From the NCBI RefSeq assembly GCF_004010195.1, contig NC_057752.1, positions 11,469,669 to 11,532,772 of the forward strand: a stretch of DNA of 63,104 nt, written 5' to 3'. Below, one piece after another: positions 1 to 10,935 of the stretch (position 1 is the first letter of the stretch; each line of letters starts with the position of its first letter). The translations under genes were made by a program, and so were the position numbers. This DNA comes from Chiloscyllium plagiosum. Taxonomy: Eukaryota. The notes below the pieces were generated by a model, which made no database searches, was not told where the DNA came from, and worked only from the letters and a program-made list of their open reading frames with translations.

Positions 1-2092
1 AGTGAAAAATGTGAGTAATTCCTCTACACTCCTTTTAGCTGTGATATTGCGGCCTCTGGAAATCTCATGGACACATGCATTATTGTTAACAAATACTGAT
101 TGTTTGAGGTAGGGGTCCTACGTAATCAGTTAAGACCCTTGTGAAAGGTTCCTCAAATGCAGGAATAGGTATTAAAGGTGTGGGTTTTATTACTGCCTGT
201 GTGTTTCCAATTACCTGACATGTATGACACGTCTGGCAAAACTCAACTACATCCGGTGCAGTCCAGGCCAGTAAAAATGTTTTTATTTGAGCTTGAGTTT
301 TTCTCGCTCCTGACTGACCCCTAGTGGCAGCTCATGCACCACTCGCAGCTCCTCTTTTCACAAACCCACTGGCAACATGATTTAATGAACTTCTGTCCAT
401 GTCCCATCTGCCTGAATATGTGATGGTCTCCATTTCCTCATTAAAACATCACTTTTAAGATAATAATATTCAGGGATACATTTGGATTCTTTTTCTGTCT
501 CTGCCTTTTGATACAATTGCTTTAAATTTTCATCTTTCTGCTGTAAATCAGTTAATTTCTCTGAGCTAAAGATATCTGCTGTGTCATCTATCTGCTCCTG
601 GTTTGTCTCCACCATCTGATCAAACAGGGTCTCTGCTAATTCCACTTCAACTTTCTTATCTGTATTCTTTGATCTCTCCTGTTTCAGCTGGTGACTTTGT
701 GACCTCATTACCACAGAGGCAGGAAAAATCCCAGGATATATGTCCTGCAATTGTTCCGTTGCCTGAGTTTCCACTGGCTTTTCAACCACAGTAGGCAGCA
801 CTCCTACCTGTGAACCAGCTACATCGTTAGCAAGGACAAATTATATTGCTGGAGCTGAGAGTTTGTTCAGTAAACTTACCACGACTTCTCCACTCTTCAC
901 TGCACACTCTAACCTCACTTTACATAATTCTTGACTCACTGTGAATTCCCGTCACCAGCACCTTTTGTTGCAATAGTCCTTCAGAGGTACATATCCCCTC
1001 ATCTTTCAGCATCACAGATTGAGAGGATCCTGTGTCTCTTAATATTATAACCTCTTTACCTGCTGCTCCTGGCCTATGTGAGTAAACTTTACCTTGACAG
1101 GTAAATGGTTTAAGAAGATCTGGCACTTCCTCCTTAACTAACCTCTGACCAGCTTGTACATTCTGGTGCAGCTTTCTAGTCTCCACTGTGCTTTCTGTTA
1201 CCACTCCAACACAATTCACTGGCTTATCCTGTTTTCCTACATCCGTCTTCCCAGTGATTTTCCTAACCCACCAACACTGTGATTTCATGTGACCTACTTT
1301 ATTGCAGTGAAAACACTGGAGCTTTTTAACTTCTCTTTCCCTTTCAAGGGTTTCTTTTTTACCCTGTGGTAAGTTATCCTCATGATCTTCACCAAGATCT
1401 ACCTTTCTATCTCTGCATGAGGATTTCTCTTTTCCCCAATTTCTATCGCTCACGGATTGAATTGATTTTGACCCTAACTTTGCTTGTTCTTTTAAGCAGT
1501 TATAATATGGATATTCCAGGAGGGATGCAGCTGGTCAAACCACTTCGTTTTCAACAAAACAGCATTTATTTTTCAATATTATCAAATGAAACACAACAAA
1601 AGAGAACTGAATATAGAATAACTTAACCATTCTGAAAACCCAACAGACTATCCCAACTTAATGATGCTGTTCCAAATACTTGCAACAATCCCCATAAACA
1701 CCCATTGGCACAAAAGTTAAAACCAAACACAGGGTCTTACAGGAGAGAGAGAGATGCCAGTGGGATTCAGCATAGAACACCTTCCATGGAGCTGTTTCTT
1801 TTACCAGCAGCCTCACTGACTGACAGCTTTCAGTGAACAGCCAGATTGCTAAATCCCAAACCAAACCAGAGGAAAGCTGAGCTGGGAGAAGTGACCACTC
1901 CCCTTTCACTGGACAAGTGTTTTTTTAAATTAAACTTGAAAGTCTTTTGCCTGAGGCAGTATCTGTTAGCTATAATCAAACTGGCCCTAAACCCCTTCAA
2001 ACCTAGATTTTTCAGACTCGTTGCTTTGACAACCTCTTTGAAAAGAAAAGCCAAGGATGGCATAACCTTGTTAAAGGAGCAGCATTGTCACA
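1..2092 (-). mobile_element. Gmr1-type Gypsy LTR retrotransposon, internally deleted 5' part (partial LTR, Gag zinc knuckle, protease, integrase start); continues beyond the window start
   Basis: ORF 920-1453 has CFHCNKVGHMKSQC and LRDTGSSQS; ORF 382-801 and the sequence below it are homologous to the 28368-35062 element up to the integrase. The LTR begins TGTGACA at 2092. Most of Gag and the PBS are missing near 1490. Confidence 0.85.
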
Positions 2093-3202
2093 GGACTGAT
2101 ACAATTACAACATTTAAAAGGCAACTGGGTGGGTATATGAATAGGAAGGGTTGAGAGGAATATGGGCCAAGTGCTGGCAAATGGGACTAGATTAGGTTAG
2201 GATATCTGGTCAGCATGGATGAGTTGGACCGAAGGGTCTGTTTCCGTGCTGTAGAGTTCTGCAACTCTTATGACTTTATTTCAGCATGGAGGACTGTGAA
2301 CCTTTCAGAGAGGGTAATGTGGAGACAGATAACGGAAGGTTTAGCAGCCATAGCAGTGACTAATTCTGCAGTTGCAGGTGACATGGACTGTTGCCCATGA
2401 CATAGAGGAGATAGTGGATGCCCATAAGGTCATTATTGTCTCCTTGTTGGTACAGGTGAGATATCAGAGAAATGCAAGACATTGATATTTTCTGATCATT
2501 AAGAAATCAAGAAACACTCCAAGAAATTGCTGGCTGGTCAATCTAACCACAAAAGTGTGGAAATTATTAAAGACATTCTGAGGAACGGAACTGGGGAGAA
2601 CCAGTCAATCATGGAAAGTCAATGTGAATTTGTTAAGGTTGTGTGTTTAATTTTGATCTTTATTTTTCTTTGACCAGGTAACCAGGAGAGTCGACAAGAG
2701 AAATGCATCTGATGCGGTCTGTAGGACTTTGGTAATGCCTGCCATGAAAGTAAGAAAGTAAGATCCCACGGGATCCAAGGCAAAGTGGCATGTCAGATCC
2801 ACAATCAGCTGAGGGGCAGGAATTAGGCGGTCATGTTAAAGGGATGTTTCTGTGACTGGACATCTGTTTCCAATGGGGTTTCACCAGACTCAGTGCTGGG
2901 GCACTTACTGTTTGTGGTATACATTCACAATTTGGACTGAAATGTAGCGTGTACACTGAAGAGGTTTGTGAATGACACAATAGTTGATAATGTCCTAAAG
3001 AATGAAGAGTGTAGCCATAAATTTCAGAAGGGGCAGCTTTGTAGAACAGTGCCATATGGAATTCAACCCAGAAACATGTGAGGTAATGCATTCAGGGGAG
3101 GCTAATTATGTCGTGGGTTTACCTACAGAGAGGACTGAAAATAACTTTGACCTTGGCATGCACATCATCCAATCTCCAATGGTAAGGGGGCAAGTGCTCT
3201 TC

Positions 3203-3516
3203 TAGAATCCCTACAGAGTGGAAGCTGGCCATTCAACCCATTGAGTGCACACTAACCCTCCAACGAGCATCCCACCCATACCCACCTTATCCCTGTAACC
3301 CTGCATTTCCCATGGCTAACCCACCTAACCCGCACACAATGGGGCAATTTAGCATGGCCGATCCACCCTAACCTGCACATCTTTGGATTGTGGGAGGAAA
3401 ACGGAGACACGGGGAGAATGTGCAAACTCCGCACAGACAGTCGCCCGAGGCTGGAATCGAACCTGTGTCCCTGGGGCTGTGAGGCAACCGTGCTAACCAC
3501 TGAGCCACCGTGCGGC
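3203..3516 (-). mobile_element. HE1/V-SINE-type tRNA-derived SINE
   Basis: Head GCACGGTGGCTCAGTGGTTAGCAC..GGTTCGATTCC, central GGAGTTTGCACATTCTCCCCGTG domain, CR1-like tail. Confidence 0.9.
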
Positions 3517-3804
3517 ACCCAAGTAGATAAGGTGGCTGAGAAAACACACCAGATATGGGCCAGTTTTAGGTGAGGCATTTGAAACAAGCGTAAGGATGTG
3601 AAGATGTCACTTTCTCGGATACTAGTGAGGCTTTCATGTTTTCTTTGAAGCAATGAAGATTTGGAGGGGATCCAATGGAGGTGTATACAATTATGTGTGG
3701 CATAGATAGGGCAGTTACAAACCGTTATTGGAGAAGGAGTACTCTTTAGCCTGTGTTTTTTTGTTTGACTCTAGAGCCATTCTCCAACCAACCAACATCC
3801 CATG

Positions 3805-4145
3805 AGGCCTGATGAAGAATTATCTAGACTGGAAACATTAGCTTGCTCTCTCCATGGATGCTGCCAGACCCGCTGTGATCTCCAGCATTTGTTGTTTTCA
3901 GTACAGCTTCCAGCAGCTGCAGTCATTTGCTCCAACCTCTCAAGAGGTTTCCTTCTCTCTCTCTCTCTTTCCTCCCGTTTAAAGTATCATTGTTTTTCAT
4001 TTCTTTTATTAACTTTCAAAAACAAAGCACCAACTTACAGCAAACAGTTATTACTGCTCCAAGAAATCAAGGAAATCAGCTCCAAACATCGACTCTCCTG
4101 CTCCTTGGATGCTGCCTGACTGGCTGTGCTTTTCCAGCACCACAC
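3805..4145 (+). mobile_element. Penelope-like terminal repeat fragments (3805-3935 with degenerate CTGATGA...GAAAC; 4085-4145)
   Basis: Similarity to 49222-49355; related pieces at 14140-14305 and 15228-15345. Confidence 0.6.
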
Positions 4146-4821
4146 TTGCAACCTTCATTTGGTCAGTGCATCGAGTACAGGAGTTGGGATGTCATGTTGC
4201 GGCTGTACAGGACATCGGTTAGGCCACTTTTGGAATACCGCATTCAATTCTGGTCTCCCTGCAGAATTGAAGGATGTTGTGAAACTTGAGAGGGTTCAGA
4301 AAAGATTTCCAAGGATGTTCCTGGGGTTGGAAGGTTTGAGCAATAGAGAGGGGCTGAACAGGCTGGGGCTATTTTCCCTGGAGTGTCGGAGGCTGAGGGA
4401 TGACCTTCTAGAGGTTTATAAAACCATGAGGGGCATGGATAGGGTGAATAGCCAAGGTCTTTTCCTCAGCGTTGGGGTGTCCAAAACTAGACACCCCAAT
4501 GCTGAGGAGGTGAGAGGGGAAAGATTTGGAAGGGACCTAGGGCAATGTTTTCATGCAGAGGGTGGTATGTGTATGGAATGAGCTGACAGAGGAAGTGATG
4601 GAGGCTGGTACAATTACAATATTTAAAAGGCACCTGGATGGGTATATGAATAGGAAGGATTTAGAAAGATATGGGCCAAATGCTGGCAAATGGGACGAGA
4701 TTAGGTTAGGATATCTGGTCAGCCTTAATGAGTTGGACTAAAGGGTCTGTTTCCATGTTGCACATCCCTATGACTCTTTGTTACCAAGTTTAGCCTAATT
4801 GAATTAACGGAGAAGTCAAGG

Positions 4822-4827
4822 TTTATT
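4822..4827 (-). terminator. Candidate polyadenylation signal (AATAAA) of gene A
   Basis: tttatt on the + strand, about 100 nt past the stop codon, in non-repeat sequence. Confidence 0.4.
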
Positions 4828-4929
4828 TCAAAGCATGCAAGGCAGAAGTAATTGAGGCAACATTTGAAACTGGAAAAATAACAGAGCAAAGCAAATGTTG
4901 AGTCAATTGAGTTAGAGAAAAATTCAAAT

Positions 4930-5876
4930 TCAGATCAGACAGCAGAAACTGAAATGCTGGAGTGATTGATTGATTCGTGATTTGATTAATTGATTGATTT
5001 GAAGAAAGGGATATTTTAGCACACTCTTTAACTGCTGTCTGAACTTAGCCTGGATTCCTGCATAAATCACAGTATTTGTGCAGCAACTGAGGAGCTGCAG
5101 CATGAAGCCTAATTCCTTAACAAAATAACTTAGACGTATGGACCGATACCTAAAATTGAACATCCTGTTCCATATCAAATAAACCGTGAGCATTGACCAT
5201 AACAGGATGAAATTGGTTGAGATAACAAACAGTAAGCTAATGGATTTCCTCCGACTCTCCATCTCTGGGTCTCTGGGATTCTTCCCAATGGTGTGCGCCT
5301 GGAGTCTCCTGTGGGCTGTGCTGGTCACTAAAATGTGTCTGACGGTGAGAACATTGAGCAGCAGAATCAGGAGAAATGGGACACACGGGGTTAGAATGTA
5401 GTGGAGGAACTCGATTGTGACCCAGACACTGGAGTAATAAACATCCATTGTGACATAGCAAAACCAAGGGCTGTTCCATGGCAAATACTGATTCGTGAGC
5501 ATAAAATACCAGGAAATGTTCTTTAAACAGCTCAGCACAGTCACTGCTCCCAGAACCACAGCCGCCGTCTTCTCACTGCAATATTTACTTTTCAGCTTCT
5601 GGCAACAAATGGCCACAAACCGATCAAAGGTGAAAGTGACGGTGAACCAGACAGAGCAGTCAGTGGCTGCATAAAGCAGGACGGCATGGATACTACACAT
5701 GGGGATGGACAGCAGGAAATAAAACTGTTCCCGATAAACAATAGGAATGTGTCTTAATATCAGGTCGAAGATAATGACCAGTAGGTCCGCTGCTGCCATG
5801 GCCACCAGGTAACAACTGACACATGGAGACAATCCACAGCTTTTGGAAAGCAGGGTGAATATTGTAACTATGTTAA
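4930..5876 (-). CDS. GPR139/GPR142-like class A GPCR, gene A, exon 2 (TM1 end to C-terminus); with exon 1 gives 361 aa
   Basis: Open ORF with 7TM hydrophobic pattern: MAAADLL (D2.50), TM3 FDRFVAIC, ECL2 Cys (PWFC), TM5 TPCVPF, TM7 LSCCTNTVIY. Acceptor tttgctttccttgcAG|TTAAC (AG at 5878-5877). Splicing gives GGP-L-NIVTI, restoring the TM1 Asn. Confidence 0.9.
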
Positions 5877-6229
5877 CTGCAAGGAAAGCAAACAAGCTGA
5901 ATTACACATCACTCTAGGGGCAATATCTGCAGTTTGATTGAGGACTACTGAGATTTCCAAACGTGCTGCTGACTGATTGAAAAGTCTCTCTATGATTGCA
6001 TTTTGGAAGTCGATTCCTTTTCAATAAAATGGAAGGGGCTTCACCTTGCTAGATACATGTTGAGATGGGAGTCACGGACAAAGGCCATTGGTGGCTGGGC
6101 GCAGACCAAATTACAGCTCAACATCACTCCAGGAGGTGAACAGAAAGAAACTTCCCATTGCAGAGAAGTGCAGAACTTCTTCAAGGTGGACAAACCCCAG
6201 TAGAGAATTGCCAGTCAACGAAAGCAAGC

Positions 6230-8650
6230 TACCGCAACAAATCAAACAGAAACTACTGGAGAAACTCAGCAGGTTCTGTGGGAAGAGAAAGTGAGTTCGT
6301 GTCTCAAATCCCACGTGGCTTGTCAGCTCAGAAATGACCTTGAAGAAGAGCGATCCTTCTCTGTGATGGGATTTGTGTTTGAACGTTTCAGCGTGCACCG
6401 CCTTCATTGTTGTTTCCTCCTGCCGTTTGATCAAGCATTTGCAAAAACTGGCGTTCACAGCTACACCTCCTTCCTGAGCGACTGTGTCTCCTGTTCTGGC
6501 CTATCCCACATGGATTCCAACTGCAGTTCGTGATTTGAAAACCGATACCAGCATCTTCCGGTTAGATCACCCTCCTCTTCGAGTAGCTCCTGGGACCCAC
6601 AGCCAGTGTCATGGTTGCTGCTTGCAACACCCTCAACCTATCCATCAGCACCACCTCACGTTATTCTCAAAGCTGCCTTAGTCTGCCGTTACATCTCATT
6701 CTTCACCTCATTTGGTGCTTCTACAATCAGCTTTCTTTTTACCTCTTCCCCTCAGGTGCCAATGAAGGCGAGTTCCCAAAACTCAAGTGGACTGAAGTCC
6801 CTCTGACTTCATCTCCCCTTCCCTTTCCTCCAACTCCATCTCTTCTTCCAATCTCACCCCTTACAATATCCTCTGACCTTCCCTCTCTGATGTCAAAAGA
6901 TCTGTGCTAAACAAAAGGCTCGGCTTTCTCCCCAGACACCCCCCCCCCCCCACCGCCACAACGGATTTCAGTCATGACATGACGTTAATTCCCTTCAGTT
7001 GCTCTCCTCACCTACATTCCCACTCCTTCGCACAGGAGACCTCACAGCCCTCCACAGATCAGTCACCCACCTTCGAAATGCTACCTTCCCATGGAAAGCT
7101 CCCTTTCTCCTCTCGTGTGATCTCTCCATCGAGAAATGTTGACCATGACAGCGGCTGCCTTAATTTCTCTGCTCCCCTCATTCACTCTAACCAATATCCC
7201 CTTTGAACTCGCTGCTCTCCATTCTCTCTGGTCCAAACCTGACTTGTTGTCAGTCTCAACCTGGCAGAAACTGAGTGCCAAATTCCTTCCGCTGGTCCAG
7301 GAGCCCATCATTGAGCACCAAGCTATTGATTCCAGGATGGTCACTGATCTCATCTCCTCAGGAGATTTCCCCTCCATGATTCCCTACCTTATAGGCCCCC
7401 ACATCTATCCTTCGAAAAACCACAGACACAACCCTGGGAAATCCAGCATTTCAGAGTGCTCCTGCCACATTGAACAGCCCTCCTTGTATCTCAATGTGAT
7501 CTTTTTCCCACCTCGTTCAGTCTCATGGAATCCCCACAGCGTGGAAGCAGGCCATTTGGCCCATCAAGTCAACGCTGACCCTCCAGAGAGCATCCACCCC
7601 CACCACATAACCCTACATTTCCCATGGCTGTAATACATAACTGACACATCCCTGAACACTATGGGTAATTGAGCATGGCCAATCCACCCTAACCTGCACA
7701 TCTTTATAGTGTGGAAGGAAACCAGAGGACAGTGGGAAAACCACGCAGACATGGGGAGAATGTGCAAACTCCACACAGACAATCACTAGAGGCAGTAATC
7801 GAACCCAGGACCCTGGCGCTGTGAGGCAGCAGTGCTAACCACTGAGCCACCGTGCTGACCCCCCTTCCCATTTACATTTGTGACCCTCCAATGCATTACA
7901 TCAGTTCCAACAGTTTCCAGTTTCTGGGTCCTCTTCATCCTGCATGAGTCATCATTCCACACATCAATCTCCCATTTGTATCGGTTGGAGACTCTCTGGT
8001 CCTTCCTTGAAAAGCTGCCTGAACAGTACACCTCCACCACTCGCCCTCCTTCAACTTCAGAACTCCTTCCTACTTTGAACAACTGCTTCCTGTAACTTGT
8101 CTCCCATGTTCTCCCCAGTCAGTGGGTGTGACTATGGGTAACATGTAGCCCCCACTTATGGCTGTCTTTTTGCGTGTTATGGGAAGCATTCCATTCACTT
8201 GCACTCGATCTGACCATCGAGAATTGTTGATGTGACGTTGCCTTCCTCAGCTAAAGCTCGCTCTGAAACATCCATTATGTAGTTGGTGTTGGTTCCTACT
8301 CTTGCCCAGAACTGGGACAAAAAGGTTGGCAGTTTCCCTTCAAAATTCCATCTTTCTCTCATCTTCATCTGGTCCCTCTCTGACTCTTCCCTTCCTTGCC
8401 CTAAATTTCATTTCCATTTTTGGGAATAGGCTATCCACTGATATCCCTTACAAACCCATCCAATCTTATAGTCACCCTGACTACAATTCCTTACTCCGTG
8501 CTTCCTGCATTTCTCCATTCCATTCTCCTAGTTTCTCCATCTCCGTCATGTCTCTTCTGATGATGCCGCGTTTCACTAGGATGCCTCTGACTGTGCTTCT
8601 GTTTCCTGAACCAACCCTCCCAGCACAATGACGGGGTTCCCAAACTTTCT
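6230..8650 (+). mobile_element. Degenerate Penelope-like element (RT region), with a SINE inserted at 7524-7857
   Basis: GNRLSTDIPYKPIQSYSHPDY (ORF 8302-8631) resembles the Penelope RT C-terminal motif; a repeat-end-like piece lies at 6236-6310. Confidence 0.65.
7524..7857 (-). mobile_element. HE1/V-SINE-type SINE
   Basis: Same head, central domain and tail as 3203-3516. Confidence 0.9.
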
Positions 8651-8998
8651 TTCCACACCACCGGTCTCTGCATTCCCATCATCCTCTCTTTCCACACCAC
8701 CGGTCTCTGCATTCCCATCATCCTCACTTTCCACACCACTAGTGTCTGCATTCCCATCATCCTCTCTTTCCACACCACTGGTCTCTGCATTCCCATCATC
8801 CTCTCTTTCCACACCACCAGTTTCTGCATTCCCATCATCCTCTCTTCCCACACCACCGGTGTCTGCATTCCCATAATCCTCTCTTTCCACACCACGAGTC
8901 TCTGCATTCTCATTATCCTCTCTTTCCACACCACTGGTCTATGCATTCCCATCATCCTCTCTTTCCACACCACCGGTCTCTGCATTCCCATCATCCTC
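8650..8998. repeat. 39-bp minisatellite (TTCCACACCACCGGTCTCTGCATTCCCATCATCCTCTCT), about 9 visible copies, running into the gap
   Basis: Direct inspection. Confidence 0.95.
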
Positions 8999-9863
8999 NN
9001 NNNNNNNNNNNNNNNNNNNNNNNNNNNNNNNNNNNNNNNNNNNNNNNNNNNNNNNNNNNNNNNNNNNNNNNNNNNNNNNNNNNNNNNNNNNNNNNNNNNN
9101 NNNNNNNNNNNNNNNNNNNNNNNNNNNNNNNNNNNNNNNNNNNNNNNNNNNNNNNNNNNNNNNNNNNNNNNNNNNNNNNNNNNNNNNNNNNNNNNNNNNN
9201 NNNNNNNNNNNNNNNNNNNNNNNNNNNNNNNNNNNNNNNNNNNNNNNNNNNNNNNNNNNNNNNNNNNNNNNNNNNNNNNNNNNNNNNNNNNNNNNNNNNN
9301 NNNNNNNNNNNNNNNNNNNNNNNNNNNNNNNNNNNNNNNNNNNNNNNNNNNNNNNNNNNNNNNNNNNNNNNNNNNNNNNNNNNNNNNNNNNNNNNNNNNN
9401 NNNNNNNNNNNNNNNNNNNNNNNNNNNNNNNNNNNNNNNNNNNNNNNNNNNNNNNNNNNNNNNNNNNNNNNNNNNNNNNNNNNNNNNNNNNNNNNNNNNN
9501 NNNNNNNNNNNNNNNNNNNNNNNNNNNNNNNNNNNNNNNNNNNNNNNNNNNNNNNNNNNNNNNNNNNNNNNNNNNNNNNNNNNNNNNNNNNNNNNNNNNN
9601 NNNNNNNNNNNNNNNNNNNNNNNNNNNNNNNNNNNNNNNNNNNNNNNNNNNNNNNNNNNNNNNNNNNNNNNNNNNNNNNNNNNNNNNNNNNNNNNNNNNN
9701 NNNNNNNNNNNNNNNNNNNNNNNNNNNNNNNNNNNNNNNNNNNNNNNNNNNNNNNNNNNNNNNNNNNNNNNNNNNNNNNNNNNNNNNNNNNNNNNNNNNN
9801 NNNNNNNNNNNNNNNNNNNNNNNNNNNNNNNNNNNNNNNNNNNNNNNNNNNNNNNNNNNNNNN
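8999..9863. other. Assembly gap (865 N)
   Basis: Run of n. Confidence 1.
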
Positions 9864-10044
9864 TGCTGCACATCTCTATGACTCGATAATAACCTCACTC
9901 TCCCAACCTCTAATGATGACACTGGCTCAAATCCCCAGGCCTCGAGGCCTGTGCCATCGTTAACCCTGGGTCCTAATTAAGGCCTGGTCGGGGGATACAG
10001 GGCCTAAACCACACTGGTGCCCAGTGCCACAGACACACGGCTCT

Positions 10045-10530
10045 ATGCTATCTCAGCAGTAGGCCGGAAGTGAAGCCTGGGCCTTTCCAACCCCATTTGC
10101 CTGGGATTGAACACCACACTGGGTCTCAGATCCAGGACGGTCAGCAGCAGGCTGGAAATGAAGCCTGGGTCTTTCCTTCCCTTGGCGCCTGTGCTGGGTT
10201 GAGATCCGGCCTCGATCCGAGCTAACACAGCGCTAGGCCGGAAATGAGGCCTGGATCTTTCCTGCTCTCAGCACCCATGCTGGTTTGAGATCCGGCCTCA
10301 GTCTGAGCTAACTCAGCAGCAGGCCGATAATTAAGCCTGGGTATTCCCTTTCCTTGGCGCCCACGCTGCGGTGAGATCTGGCCTCGGTCCGAGCTCACTC
10401 GACGCTAGGCCGGAAATGAAGCCTGGGTCTTTCCTTCCCTGTGTGCGCATGGAACTTGGCGCCACAGTGGGAGCGACATGCAGGCTCGCTCAGCGCCTAG
10501 GCCGGAAGTCAAAATCCGGGCCTTTCCTGA
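10045..10530 (+). repeat. GC/CpG-rich tandem repeat, about 86-bp unit, 5-6 copies
   Basis: AGGCCGGAA-like anchors at 10061, 10149, 10235, 10321, 10407 and 10499. Confidence 0.9.
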
Positions 10531-10935
10531 AGGTAGGGCAAAGAACTGCGGAGGTCAGGAACAAGGAGAGAAAATGCTGGAGAAACTCAGCAAGGTGTGG
10601 CAGCATCTGTGAAGGGAGAGAGAGAAAGAGAGAGAAAGCAGAGATTCGGGTCCAGTTACCGTTCCTCAGACCGGCCAGGTTTGTAAAGAAGGTTTCTAAA
10701 GGACAGAGATAGGGAGGGGGTGTAGGGGCTGGAGGGTTACAGAGGTAGGGAGCGGGTTAGGGGGTTACAGAGATAGGAAGGGGGTGATTTCCTGAGACTG
10801 AGAGATGGATCCCTCTCCCTGGGGTGTGTGACTGTGACAGTGCGAGGTTTTTGAAGGTGGGAGCCTGTGTGAGAGAGGATTACATCGGTAATCCCCTCAG
10901 ACCCGCCACGATAGCAAATCCTTCACAGACCGAAA

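Larger units (their letters stand above)
2093..4778 (+). mobile_element. Cluster of CR1 fragments (3' tail 2093-2275, old RT 2400-3720, 3' fragment 4156-4778)
   Basis: LERVQKRF...LGLFSLE..RLR peptide and the recurrent CR1 tail (GGATATGGGCCAA.TGCTGGCAAATGGGAC). Confidence 0.8.

Noticed and set aside
4930..5876. Assigning the symbol GPR139 or GPR142
   Set aside because: Family resemblance only; two divergent paralogs with altered TM6 argue against simple orthology without a phylogeny.
5877..5895. ORF-track starts MFAFLAV (5895) and MFPFLTV (41597) as receptor N-termini
   Set aside because: They are TTG codons inside the intron's polypyrimidine tract; the real N-termini come from the upstream exons.
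8491..9963. ORFs of 327-460 aa, including RMMGMQRPVVWKE repeats
   Set aside because: Artefacts of the N gap and the 39-bp minisatellite.
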